The notes: generated by a model not told the origin, from the sequence alone. A stretch of 64,000 nucleotides of DNA from Gnetum montanum (GCA_015680685.1 MNCI01000273.1:90324-154323), one strand, 5' to 3'; shown: positions 38,440 to 52,699, counted from the stretch's first letter. Made by a program: numbers and translations.

Positions 38440-41250
38440 CTCCTTTCTCATGATCTTGTAGTCTGTATTTTCTTTATTCATTAATGAAAAAGGTTACTAA
38501 TCCCAAGCATTATCGAGAGAGGAATGGTAGGTTACTCATCATTCTTGGTTTCATTCACTCTATTAGGCTTACTATTGGCCCCTGAGTTATTGCTATTTTT
38601 TTCTAGTTTTTCTATATATTCGATTATCGACTATTCATTAAGATTAAAATTATTAATGAAGAGATGGATAGCATGATTATCATAGATGATAACTTTAATA
38701 CCTTTATAGGGAAGATGAATTTCTTAATGGATAGGTGATGAAACTGCACATAGTTTGGCTTTCCATGGCATTTCTAGAATCAAGTTGAAACTAGTGTCTA
38801 TTCAAATATTAAAAAGTTAGTTGATGTAGAAAAGTATTTCCTATCCATGGAATTTAATGATATGGAATCTCACATTGTTACTTGTGATCCATTAAAGTAT
38901 GTAAGGGTGACAATGAAAGTCTCTTATATGATATCTACCGAGTCCAGAAGTTTAATGATAGAGAAAAGAGTAAGGTTAGTTGTGACTGCATCATCAACAA
39001 AAACCTTATGTACTTTCTATTGATCAATGCGTATGGTTATGAAAAGAGAAACATACAAGACTTATCCATTTTGAGTGTTCATCTTTATCTCACAATCATG
39101 TAAAATAAGTTTTTTTTCTTTTATCATTTTTCTAGCATAAGTTGTTGTGATGATAGAATGAATAACTTTCTCTTTTGGAAGGATGTCTTCATTTATGATA
39201 ATAGAAGATAGTAGCTTAATTAATGTGCCACGATGTGTTTGAGAAATCATGACTGGATCATAGAGGCTTAGTGATGTATTCTATTATTTTAGTGATTATT
39301 TAACTTATTATATACAAATAATAAATTCTTTATTATTAATCTAATCCTTATCACTTTTAGTAGCTTTTACTTGATCTAACTTGCTAATCATTTTTAATTA
39401 CTGCTTTGACATAGCTTTTTTATTTTGTTTGTTGATCCATGTTTTGAAATATGGTTTTAGTTCACTTGATGATGTAGGTTTGGATGATGGGTTCATTACT
39501 AGTGCTAATATAGGCATGGGCTTAGAAAAACCTATTCGTTATTATATTTCATTTTCCTAATAGCTATCCTCTAGTTTGGATAATGACTTAGTTTCATTAG
39601 GATTCTTATAGACTTGTGATAAGGAAATTTTGCTAGTAGTTGGGGACAAAGTAGATGTGGTGCCTACAATGAGAAGAACTTGCTTAGTTATGGTTGTTTA
39701 GTTTGGGGGTGTTTAGACAATAAAAAATTATTTAGTAGTTGGAGGTACTATCGTAATTCCTTGGGATTTCATAGGAACTATCAGTAGGACCCTTTTGAAA
39801 AAAGGTTATCTAGGAACAAGAGGTGATATTTTAATGATGAATGAATTTTTAGGTTTTGATGGTGGAACTTGGGATCAAGAGTTGTTAGCAACTTTTTTTA
39901 ATAGTTGCTTGGATCATAAAAATTTTCTAGATGTGGTACAATCACTTGTTTTAGAAAACATCACTATTAAATATAGATTGTAACTAGTATTCAATGTGTC
40001 CTTGAACACTTGCATACTCTAGTTTTGAATTCAAATAGGATTGGATTCATCTAACATAAGTTCTTAATTATTAATAATATTTTTCAATTCATCTTTTAAG
40101 GCTTAGTAAAAATCAATCTTGTAACTTGGTAGTTGATGATAATTAAAAAACCTATCTAGACGAAAGTACTTATGTATTGGTAAGTTGTCCTTAATGCTTA
40201 AAGTGGGATCTCAAGCTATTTTCCAAAGACAATTATTTATTTTCTTATCATTTTCAAATAATTTCTTATTTTGAATATAGTTGTTTTAAAGCAATTGATC
40301 TTGAAGTTCAATGGATTTTATGGGTAATTTAGTGTACTTAGACTAGGTTTTTCATTCAAAGTTTGATCTTATTTGCTTTGAAGTAGAAGAGATTGATGGT
40401 TGGATGGAAATAGAAAGTGTTGATTATGGTGATTTTGGATATAGTGATTGGCATTTTGATTTGTCCTCTTGTTTAGATTCTTTAGCTACAACAACCATAG
40501 TTCTATGTGTTGATTATTTAGCTTTGTCTTTATCATTGTTAGCATGTTGGCTATTGTAGGCTGGATCATTGGTATCTTTAGTCAGGTCTTCAATTTTTTT
40601 GATCTATTAAAATACCTGACTAAGTATGTACAAGTTCAAGTAGTAAAGCTTAGACTTGATGAAGTCATTGATAACTCTCTTAAAGATGGTGAATAAGTGA
40701 ATCTCAAAGATGAACTCAAGAATTTCATTTAAGGTCAATTTTCACCTTTGAATAAAACTTTGCACTGGATTTAGATAACCTTAACTTACAATAATAAGCT
40801 AATCTAGCATGGTATCTAGCTTTAAGTTTTATTTGAAGTAATAAATTGGATGAGTAGGTCATCTAGGGATTTGATGGAATTCCTAGGTAAAAAATGCTAA
40901 TAGTTTAAGGCTTTACCCATTAGAGACATAGGAAACACTTGTAATATTATATGAGGCCAAGATTGTAATAACAGATAACTACGGTCAAAAGTAGTTAAAT
41001 GAACATTAGGGTCTCCTTCATCAGTGTACTTGGAGAAATTTTGGATGGGAATTCCAACTAGTAAGGTTATTTGTGATACATGGGGGCTAATGAGATCATC
41101 CTAGTAGAAGTCCATTATTTTGACAATTTGGAATGTGCTTATCTTAAGCTTTTCCAATTATTTGAATAGATCTTATATATTTGGAAAGATTGATCTTGAC
41201 CTTAAGATATCCTAGTAGGTTAAATAGGAGATGAGTGAGAAGTCTCTAGG
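38440..41250 (-). pseudogene. gag-pro: Decayed Tat/Ogre-type gag-protease
   Basis: Gag VGIPIQNFSKYTDEGDPNVHLTT at about 41000-41060. Protease-like FVDDAVTTNL at about 38975-39005 and TSFNLILEMPW..LCAVSSPIH*EIHL at about 38710-38795. G-patch-like MMSNLPFLSR*CLGL at about 38500-38545. Confidence 0.78.
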
Positions 41251-43089
41251 TAACTGACCTAGTGGGATGCATAGAGGTAGTGAAGTGATTTTTAACTAAT
41301 AAAAATAAGTTATAAGGATGAATATGTTAGTATGAAAACATGGAATCCATAGGCATAACATGTTCATGCATGGATGAAGAAGGCTAATAGTGGTAAGCTA
41401 AAGACACAGTTGTCACATGTGAAATACAAGGTATATTATAGAAAATGGTGTTCACATATTTTATTTTTTCTGTGGTTTGTGTAGTAGGTAAGATAAAACT
41501 TGATAAATAATTATGGTAACTTGGGATATGTTGATTATAAATTCATTTGAAACTTTCTTGTATGAGTTCTTATATTTATGGATTAGCTTCAAGAAAATTA
41601 CCCAAATTAGCCAAGTCATATTGAGTTTGGCTTTGAACCACATCCTTGTTAATAATGGCTTCCTTATTAGCATTGATAATTTAGGCTAACATGTTAACAT
41701 AAATATTGGTAAGTTTAATCTCATCATATGGGAAAGATATATAGTCATTGTCATTCCTATAGATTACCTTATATTAGCACTTGGAGTTAAGTTCTTTATG
41801 TGGGATAAATAGGTTAGCTAGTATTTTGGAAAAAATGAAATTGTAGAAATCTTTAGTGATATTTAAAAAGATAGGATCATGGCCTAAATACCTAAGGGAA
41901 TGATGATGTTCTACAATGGTAGGTTCTTTGAGGTTGTAGATACAAATGGAGTTCTATTCATTTTCCATGTTGATGATCATGTATAGTAAGAGAGAGGAAG
42001 AATAATTCATACAATGATAAACAAAGAAATATTTTGATATGGACATATGACAATGTGTAAGGTGAATGTGGAAGGACAAATAACATATTTTTTTGTAGCA
42101 TAATTATGGTAGCATGATTATCATGGTGTGGATGATGCAAGGTAATTCATGTGGCATATTTTTATAGTGTGATTTCCAATGACTCTAGAAATAGAAAAAT
42201 AATAATCTTTCATTAGAGAAGATGATATCATTGAATGAGGATTCTTATGGTGCAATGTAATAGAGTAATCAAGAGTTTATTTTATATAGCATAAACTAGA
42301 AATGGGGTGACATAAAAAAGATAATGTAAATAGTAACATTGAAATAGAAGAGTCAAACAACATGAGATTTATACTAAATGATAAGAAACATAGTGGTTAT
42401 GTAGGAAAATGTTGAGGGGCCTCCTAGTACTAGAAAACTATAGCAATAGAAATATTTGGGTGCTTTATACAACTAAGATAGTTCTAACCCTAGATCTACA
42501 TGAGCCTAAGAAGTAGGTTTGGAGTGCCTTAGATGGCTTGATGGGTAGCTTGATTACCTAAGAACTAACAGACTAGTAAGGAATACAATAGATATAAAAA
42601 CAATGAAAAGCATGTAGATGTAATGGGCTTATTAGATTTGGTAAATATTTGAAAAGAAATGAAGTAATGAAAATATAAAGTAGAATAATGTTGAAAAATA
42701 CTATAAACTTATATTTAAGCATGAATAAAATTTGAGAGTGTATAGATATGGGCATAAAGGGCCCAAGGAGTGTCAAATGCTTGGCTTTAAGGGAAGGCCT
42801 CAAGTCTAATCTAATCATAAAATTTCTTTAAATGCTCACTAGCTCTATGATGGATTTTTTCTTAAAAATTGCAAAAGAACTATTTCACATGTGGGGCTTG
42901 ACAACTTGCCTAAAGATCCTCTTGTGAAGGCATTTAGCTTCAAGATCCTCCTTTGGAGAGAAATTACTTCACATTACAAGCTCACTTCAAATCAAGGTTT
43001 AGGGTAAACACTATTGATCTATACTATTATATGCTTTGGAAGATTGGCTAAGTCTATCAAAAGGTCTCTCTATCGACCAAATGTCTAAA

Positions 43090-44050
43090 AGTATCAAAGT
43101 GTAAGAATCTTATTTGAAGCACTAGTCCTAACTTTTATAGGTCTAAGACATGCTATTTTCATGTTGAGGTGGTTATGATGATTACTTAGCATAATTAGGA
43201 ATCTTGTCTTCTTAGAATATACATTTTGTAGCATATTTCTTAGCACATTTTATAAAATACATTGTAAATAAATTTACATTGAATATTTTTATGTTGAGTA
43301 GATTTTACATTTTATAGTAACATTACATTAAGAATATTCTATGAAAAAAGACCAAAAAATGACTTTGCAAAAAGGATTTACATGGATTCTTTCATGCTTG
43401 ACCTCTAATGTAGAGTTACAAGTGAAATATGTAAACAAGACCTTCATGTTTCAAGCATAAATGATTTTTTTAAGCTATTTTACCTAGCTCTTATACCAAA
43501 GCCTCCATTTCTAAGAAGAACTACATGGTTTCTTAATTCTTCATATGGTAATGGGGTAAATAACCATAGTTCTAGGTTTAGGGTCTCTTCCATTCCTAAT
43601 ATTCATATATTTTCCAAACCTAAGACACATGCAATCACACATGGTTAAGTCATCAATGGTCATAGATCATCATTGTCATTGTATCAAGATGACTAAATTT
43701 AGCTCTAGAATTAAGTTATCCACTTCTAACTAGAATCACACCCTTGTCAAACCCTTTTGAGGGTACCAACGTCTCTACATGTTATCAAATATAAGGCATG
43801 TGCATTCACATGTGGTTGATTTATGAAGGATTATAGATCATCAATATCATGGTACCAAGCTCCAATTCTAGGGTCTCCACTTCTAAGAAGATCCTCAGAC
43901 CTTTGCCAATCCCATGATATGTGTAGCTAGATATGGTTAATTTGTTTGCAAGTACATATCATCATTATGATGGAAAAGGAGTGACAAATGTTTCTTCTAG
44001 AACCAAGGTTTGTATTGTTGATAAGAATCATATACTTACCAAATATAGAT
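43090..44050 (+). repeat. Block Y followed by degenerate 80-85-bp array X (homologous to 19600-20340)
   Basis: See 19600-20340. Unit CTAGCTCTTATACCAAAGCCTCCATTTCTAAGAAGAAC...GGTAATGGG. Confidence 0.68.
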
Positions 44051-44057
44051 GACATGT

Positions 44058-44874
44058 TGATGAGTGGCGAGGTACCCCTACACTCAACCATACAAATACA
44101 AGTGTAGCACACACAATCCAGTCAAACTCCATAGACTAAGTGCCTACACACCTCATGGAACACTTAGGGCTGATCATTCATTGCCTTCCCAGACTTACTT
44201 GTAGTTGTCACAGTGTATGGTTAAGTAATTTCGAGGTATATGTTTTTTATGTCTTTTTATGTTTTATCACCTATGATAACAAGGTGAAGGGTTGAGAAGA
44301 CTAATTAACTAACTATAACTAATGAAATAAGTCTAAATTAACCTAGCATCAACATCCATTCCCACTTACCATACACACCATAAACTGATGCAACCTTGGC
44401 CACCAAACGCTAATCGTTGTTGGGATCACCAAGCGTAATACACGTGCTCGAAGTGGTCATATTGAGGCACTTAACTAGGAGAGAAGGGTTGAGAAATATT
44501 TAACAACTAATAAAGCAATAAATAATAGATAATAAATAACAGTAAATAAAATCCTAATTAGCCTATTCCATGCACTGCAAGGTTTATCCGAAAATCTCGT
44601 CTTTATTACCGTACACAAACTTGTGTTCAGGTACAATGTCTGCTCGAATAAAGATCCGTTCACTTTGGGACTCCTACTGCAGGTGCATGGAAAATATTCT
44701 ATCTTTAAAGTGATCAATCTTCCAGAGTTTCACTATGGTCTAAGCGTAGGATTAGGAAATAAGAGAGAGCTGCCTCTTATTTTTAGATATGACGGTGCAC
44801 CGCGATATCATAGGGAAAGATACAATATCGTGAGGGATGCAATATCGCGGCCCATGTGATATCACATCCCATCA
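44058..44874 (-). repeat. 3' LTR of element C
   Basis: TGATGAG...CCCATCA, direct repeat of 50430-51257. Confidence 0.94.
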
Positions 44875-46664
44875 TACCTCCATGACTAAATGAAAACTCA
44901 TCCTTGAGTTCCTTACAATGATATTGAGAAGGTATGGGATTATTGACTCAAATGAAACTAATGGGATGACATGTGAACGGATCATCATTACAAGACACAA
45001 CAAAACTGGTGTTCATGACAACAAGGGTGAACACCTTATTACATTGACATCAAGCCTCATTTGGTAGCTGAGAAAGAGAGAGAGAAAGAAGTGTTGCTAC
45101 TACCAACGACCAAATTGTGCCTTTCGTTATCCATCCGTAAGCACATCATCAATCGCATTCCTTGCAAAGCTGCTTTAGCACTACTCCATTCCAAATGCTC
45201 CCTCTAGATCCAATCCGTTGTTGCATGATCACCATCTGCACACACAACATAGTCTTATATTAGCAAGGGTAAATTAATTTCAATGAAGTTGATACCTTGC
45301 TACGGTGAAAGGACCATTGGCTGGGTTGTGGTATGGCTGATTGTGGATCTAGAGATGTATTAATGGTGATTACTGAAGGTGTAGGGGCTAGGAGAAAATC
45401 AAAAAAATTGGGCCCCGTACAGCCATGAATAATCATGAACCTCCGATAGCGAGAGAATGGAAAAAGAAAAGGAATAAGAAAGATGGAGACAAAGAGACAA
45501 CTAGGACATCGATGAAATGGATGTCAAGATGGAAATGAAAAAAATAAAATAGATTGTAAAATGTTAAGGAAAATAAGTTAACTAATTCCCAAATAGGAAT
45601 GTTAGTGGATCCTCCCCAAAGCAGGCTGATGTCCTTAATGCCCTGACAAACCTACATTCAAAGAGTCCGTAGGCTCTGGGAATGTCCTTTGGAACAAGAG
45701 TTAAATTCTTAACCATAAGAATTTAGCAAAAAGAAAACAATGCATCTACCAAAATATACACTAATGATACAACCGGCAATGAGGTGAACAATGGAGAGAA
45801 GGATGGAGAGAAGAGAATGGAATGGAGTGTCAAGAACAAGGTGGTGTATAGCCCCTTGTGTGTTGCATGATTAATGTGACTTGGTAAATCTCATTCCAAC
45901 TCTGGCCTCAAACCAACCACATCTAGTGACTTTGCATCAATGCATTTGGCCAATCCATCCACTTGAATAACAAGAATGCCTTCACCCAAGAGCCACCGCC
46001 ATTCCGATGAAATGAATGAGGAGAGAATGGGAAGTGAGAAGGGCCTTAGTTAGAGGGAACATTTTTATTTTTGTTCCATAATCAATGTTTGTAGCCCAAG
46101 AGATTATTTTGTCTAAGGGGTGTGCTTTGAATTCTCACTTTCTTTCTTTCCTTATTTTTTTTTATGTTTTGTGTTTTTATGCGTGAGAACCACACCATGC
46201 AAAGACTTATTATTTTTATTGACTCAAATTCCCAATAATTGGGTGACATCAAAACGGCAAGAAAACTCAAGAAGAAAACATCCAAGCACCTAAGAGAATG
46301 GCCAACACAAATGCATCAAGTTCCCTTGAAGTCACACCCTTTTCAAACCTTGAGTCCTCTTTAGTTTGAGAGATACCTAGTCACCGATTCGTTAATGTTC
46401 TTATTAGAAACAAACTATCTATTTCAAAGCCAAGAGAGACCATAGAATTCTATGGATGAATGGATGAAGTGAACTCATTGCCTACCATATCAAAAGAACA
46501 TACCTTAGTATCAACATCATAACTTTAAGGTAAAAATCAAACATTAGCAATCAATAAGAAAATAGTTCATACCATCATGAAAAACACTTATTAAATGACA
46601 AACTTATAGGATGGGTAACACACACACACACACACACACAAAGAAATTAAAAAAGTATAATGAT

Positions 46665-46950
46665 GTTGTAAAACAAAAACAAGAAAAGTTAAAGAAATTT
46701 GTAAAACAAAAATTGTAAAACAAAAATGTGTAAAAGAAAAGGGTGTGAAAAAAAATGTGTAAAACAAAAACATATAAAACAGAAAGGTGTGAAAAAAAAT
46801 TTTGCAAAACAAAAATGTGTCAAACAAAAATGTGTAAAACAAAAATGTGTAAAAAAAAACATGTAAAACAAAAATGTGTAAAATAAAAATGTGTAAAATA
46901 AAAAACTGTAAAACAAGAACATGTAAAAAAAATGTGTAAAACAAAAACTA
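46665..46950. repeat. AAATGTGTAAAACAAA-type minisatellite (about 16-bp unit) in element C
   Basis: More than 12 imperfect copies. Shorter versions occur at 11980-12040 (A) and 4565-4680 (D). Confidence 0.9.
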
Positions 46951-46979
46951 AAAAGAACTGAGGGCCTCCAATGATTAGC

Positions 46980-49900
46980 ATAGGTGGCCATCTCCCCCAT
47001 GACTAAATTGCAAGGGAGAGATCCGAAATAATAAATGTCTATTTGAATTTCGTAAAAGTGCCCAACTTCTCCTTGCTGATGTTCTTAGATTCCAATGTGT
47101 CTATGCCTTCATTGTTAACATGAGTTGTTTCCTCCTCAATTCGTTCCATGCATATTGGGTTGCTCTTTCATTTAGCTATCAACCATGTGGTGTCCACTAC
47201 TAGTGTGGTTGCTACATACAGGAACCTTTGAATTTGTGTTTCTTGGGCATACTGATTATATGGAAGAGATGCTGAGTATTCTTCCATATCATCACCCTTT
47301 GAGTCACTATATGTGATGCACAAAAATTTCTTCTTCTTGATATTTTTATATATGTTCACCTTAGATATCTCTAAGGAAAGATCGCAGATCCCTAGGTACG
47401 CATCTACTGTACTCAGCCATGGCCTTCCCATTATAATTGGGAAGCCTCTATTGTTACTATTGACTTCTATCACCAGGAAGTCAGCTGGGTATGATCACCC
47501 ACACATAGTGGTAACGATGTCCTCCACCAATCCCAAGGGAATGGTGATAGACTGGTCAACCAGCTCTAGTTAAAATTTGCTCTTCTTAAGTTGGGGCAAG
47601 TTCTAGGCTTGATACATTTTTTGTGAAATTAAGTTAACTTTGGAACCTGAGTGAAGAAGAGCCTTATGTGGTGTGTTCCTAATGACTTGTAGATAGATCA
47701 AGGGGCTTCTAGGATTAGAGAGTTTTCTGGGAAGGTGGCCTACCTTGATCTAGTTGGTTATAGTATGTGTTAACATAACCGTATGTGTTAAGCTCTATTG
47801 TTGGACAAAAGGGAGCTCCAAAGTCTTGTTTGTTAGAGGATCGTACATAGACTTAACCTCTTGTTGTTGTAAGAGCTTGTTTGGGCTTTTGGTTCTGAGG
47901 AAAGATCTTCTCTTTTTACGGTTGTCAGAACCAGCAACGAGTTGAATGTTTATGACTCTCATAGCGTTATGTTGCTGCGGTTGAGTGGGGAGTTCCCCTT
48001 GCATTGTTGGAGAAAGTTGTATGGGAACTATAGGGAAGAGGTGCGAGTAGAGTTGGAGGATGGTAGGTATGTGGGGTGCCTCCCAGAGGAGAAGGAGTCC
48101 TCCTAAAGTACTCCCAAACTTGGTAGTAACGTTGGGGAGTTGTGTGACCCATAGAGTCACTTGGAGAAACCGACTGCTGCACATAATAGGAATAAGGATC
48201 AGGTTGCCAGTAAGGATACTATTGTCTTGGTAGTGGCATTCCCCATGACTGTGGGTATTACCACTACTGATGTTGTTCAATGCGTTGTGGTGGAGTTCCA
48301 CTTGGATAGTACGTTAATGGTTGGTGGAACTACCTAGGGTTACCTTGAGGATAAGATAACCTTCAAGGTGTCTACCGTTGGTTAAGTCTTGGGTTAAGTG
48401 CATACATCCTAGACTCTTGTAGATGTAAGATGATTGGACAACATCCCTTAAGATGGTCATATTGGCAGATCTCACATCCACTATCATCATCTATGTCTGA
48501 GTCCACAACCTCATCGAAGATAGTAATTTTCATCTTACCCTTGTTATGTGCAGGGCCTGAATTTCTCCACTTTGTCTTACCTTTGTCAATACTTCATTCC
48601 TCCTTAGACTCCTCCACAATTTTAAAGACAGTTTCAAGTCTAGAGTCTAAGGAATCCCACAATTGGTCTACCTTAGCCGATACCTCTGTTGTTAGTTTTT
48701 GAATTGGCAAGGTTTTTCTGTTCACCAACTCTTCAAGTGGTGACTCATCCTCCTCATCACAAAATCGTACTTCCTTCTTTCAAAGGGAAGGATCATGGTT
48801 GTATTCTTCTGCACTCTCTCTTTTTTGTAGCTCACCTTCTTCTTTGGCTACTTGCTCCAACAAGTGATGTATTTCATGGGCTCTAAGTTCTAATAGTCTC
48901 CCTTGGGCATAAGTCCCAAGGGTTCTTCTAGTCTCATGTCTGAGCCCATCTACGATGTGGTGGAGTTAATCTCGCTATGCATAACCATGGCCTAAGCAAC
49001 GATGTAACAATGGGTAGTAGCAGCCCATGGTAGCATCCAAGGGTTCATGATTACCTTACTTCCATCCTTGGATCTTCTTATGCAAGGTAGACACTCTGGA
49101 GTATGTTTAATATTTATCGTTAAAGAGTTCTAACATCGTACTAAACCTCCTAATGGTCTCTGGCTCTAAGGACTGGTACCAACTCTCTGCTTCTTTGATG
49201 AGTATCCTAGGAAGCAACTTAAGATTCTGCCACTTGTTTTCTCTATTTTGCAAGGTGTAGGCATCATGGAATGCCTATAAATGATGTTGTGGATCCGAGT
49301 TGCATCCCCCTTCAAAGCATGGGATATTATTCATGTCTAAGCGTTTGATCCGACTATCCTTTTGATGCCTTGTTGGGATTCTTACTACCTCCATTATATC
49401 AAGCATACTTTGGGTGGCAAGTAGGGGCTCATCATGATCATCTATTTCATGATGCCTATGATGTCTTTGTTATTCCCTACTGTCCCTTCATTCATGCCCT
49501 TGTCCTCTCTCTCAACTCTCTCATCGAGGTCTCTCATTTTGTCTACTTCTATCCTCACCGTTATGCTCATGATGGCTATGCCCAGATGTGGAAGGAGAGG
49601 GTGAGTGATGAGATCAAGGAGAAGAAGAAGGAGAACCATTGCCATGATGATGCTTCTTACCTTCTCTTCGGCTGCTACAGCCCCGATCGTGATGATGATC
49701 TAAGTACCCATCCTTATCATGAGTTGTCATTCCCTTAGTGAACAGTTGATGTTCACAGGGATTAGAACCAATGTTGTGTATTGTGGATCATAAGTTCTAA
49801 TACCCTACCTCTTCACCATCATTAGGAGGGGGAACATCATTTGATAGAGGACCTGTTATAATGGGTTAATCATCTCCTATTTCACTAAGGACGTGCGGGA

Positions 49901-50126
49901 TCCCTTTACCCTTCAACAGTGTATGTTGGCTCTCCTACCTTGAATCCCTCATACATTGCACTGTTGTGGAATGATAATCCCTTGTATCAAAATCTACTAT
50001 AATGTATTCAGCATAGATTTGTGTCATGCCAATCTGTGTCAAAGCACGGAGGAGCATGTTCAGAACTGATCGATCTGGAGGTAACACTATGTTAACTTGC
50101 AAATCTCTCCATCGCAATCATTCATT
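46980..50126 (-). pseudogene. gag-pro: gag-protease remnant of element C
   Basis: Gag LDMNNIPCFEGGCNSDPQHHL at about 49280-49340. Zn-knuckle-like GCEICQYDHLKGCC at about 48440-48480. Protease ALLHSGS (catalytic Asp changed to His) at about 47645-47663 and FPIIMGRPWL. Confidence 0.88.
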
Positions 50127-50429
50127 TTGATGGAGGATAAAGGTAAAGTCTAGTATGTACTCATCAAGATGAGTATATACCACTCAGTATTGTTGAGGAA
50201 CTGGCAAATTTCAGTTATGTGTTTTTGATTACCGACTGTTCCTTGTATTATCCCTAGGTGGTGAATTACTTTTGTTAGAAGAAGACATTGTTATTTATCA
50301 GTGTGCTAATTAACAGTTATATAAATTTTTCTTAATTAACCCTAAGGTTTGTTTCAGCTTCCAATGATGTGAGTGATATCCTATGTTCTACTTAGCGCAC
50401 AAACACTTAGTCCCCGGCAACGGTGCCAA

Positions 50430-51257
50430 TGATGAGTGGCGAGATACCCCAACACTCAACCATACGAATATAAGCGTAGCATGTGCAATCTAGTCGAACT
50501 CTGAAGACTAAGTGCCTACACGCCTCATGGAACACTTAGGGTTAATCATTCATTGTCTTCCTAGACTTACTTGTAGTTGTCACGGTGTATGGTTAAGTAA
50601 GTTCGAGGTATATGATTTTTATGTCTTTTTATCTTTTATCTCCTATGCTAACAAGGTGAAGGGTTGAGAAGACTAATTAACTAACTCTAACTAATGAACT
50701 AAATCTAAATTAACCTAGCATCAACATCTATTCCCACTTACTGTACACACCTTGAACCGATGCGACCTTGGCTACCAACTGCTAATCGTTGCTAGGATCA
50801 CCAAGCATAACACATGTGCTTGAAGTGGTCGTACTAAGGCACTTAATTAGGAGAGAAGGGTTGAGAAAGATTTAACAACTAATAAATCAATAAATAACAA
50901 ATAATAAATAATAGTAAATAAAATCATAATTAGCCTATTCCATGCACTGCAAGGTTTATCCGAAAAGCTCGTCTTTATTTCCGTACACAAACATGTCTTC
51001 AGGTACAATGTCTACTCGAATAAAGATCTGTTTACTTTGGGATTCCTACTGCGGGCACATGGAAAATATTCTATCTCTGGAGTGATCAATCTACCAGAGT
51101 TTCACTATGGTCTAAGCCTAAGATTAGAAAACAAGGGAGAGCCGCCTCTTATTTATAGATATGACGGTGCATCGTGATATCGTGTATGTGATATCGTGAG
51201 GGATGCGATATCACGACGACCGTGATATCATGGCCCATGTGATATTGCATCCCATCA
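50430..51257 (-). repeat. 5' LTR of element C
   Basis: Abuts the PBS and is followed by TSD CATGT. Confidence 0.94.
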
Positions 51258-52699
51258 CATGTGAAATTACATATTTTATTATTATCATAAATAAAAAGAT
51301 TCAGATGTAAATAGAAAGACAATTATATTAAGAAATGATTTTTTCTTAATAATATAATTTCTACACTTTCTTATTAATGTATGGCTTATTTCACATATTC
51401 ATTAAAAAGCACTTGAAATTTAATAAATATAGTGGGATTCATAGCCAAAAAATATGCTTTACCAAAATCCAAAATCCTAACATCATAAAAATTTGAACAC
51501 AAAACCCACAAAAATTGAAATCCTAACTTTATAAAAATTCAGACATAGAACCATAGTAAAAATGAAAAAAGAATGGGACGTGTAATAAGTGATAGTAATA
51601 GATCATTCTTTTGCAAAAATATATTGGCACTTTATAGAATTATCATAGATCATAGTAACATCAATATTCCATATTATGCTTATCATTGATAAAGAGTAAA
51701 GAAAGTTTTAGGTATCATTTTATATTTTTTTATTATCATTGAAGAAGACTAAAAGAAGTTTCTGTTTTACATTTTCTTTTTCATTTTGATTCATTTATCT
51801 TAGTTTTCATAATTTTTCAACCATAAAACTTGTATTAGATACTATAAAATAGATCTCTTTCCTATGTTTTCTCTTAGGATTTTCATGATTGCTAGATATG
51901 TTTGATATATTACTATATTCTATCCTAAAGAACTAACAAGAGAACGTAGAAAGGTATGATTTATCCTAGCATAATTATATCATCATATTCAAATTATTAT
52001 AAGTAAAATGATTGATCTTAGACTTTATTACATAGCTATAAGAAGAGATATCACATGCTATAAGGAATTCAAAAATAAAAATAAAAATTGATCTTACAAG
52101 TGCCACATAAAAATGATATTCCTTTTCATGACACTTCCATAATTCATAGTGTATATATTTTCATAATAAATCATTTTATTATTCCATTGAAATTTTATTA
52201 TTTTACATTATAGTTCTATACATCATATTTATGCATGGTCAACAGTATTGCATACTCTATGTTTTATTGTTAACTACACATACTATGTATATTTCTTGTA
52301 TCCAATAGATCCTAATGGTCTTTGAACATAATAAAAAGATTTTTAGTTTTATATTTTTTCAATATAATTTTATTCAATATATGTTCATATTATATTTTAT
52401 AAAATTCTCATTAATTAACATGCAGATTCTGTAAAACTATAAATATACCAATATTCCAAAAAATATTAAATAATTAAACATTTGTACATGATAAATTTCA
52501 TGAATTTATGTAAACTCATATCATACAAAAAATTAATAAATTGATATAAGGTTATTATTGATTAGATGATCCTACAATATTAAATAATAATGCTAGTAAT
52601 TTTGCTCAACCATGTAAGATTCATTTTTGTAGCCTAAAAAATAAATGAACGATTATAATTTTTATTGTAGTAAATAATTTGTTAGAAGATAGATAGAAA

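Larger units (their letters stand above)
44058..51257 (-). mobile_element. Element C: complete non-autonomous Athila-like LTR element (gag-protease), sister family of A
   Basis: LTRs 44058-44874 and 50430-51257. TSD CATGT at 44053-44057 and 51258-51262. PBS rc TGGCACCGTTGCCGGGGA at 50411-50428. PPT at 44875-44887. Internal region ungapped and colinear with A. Confidence 0.95.

Noticed and set aside
46591-47000. Phe-rich membrane-protein-like ORFs
   Set aside because: They are translations of the T-rich minisatellite in all three frames.
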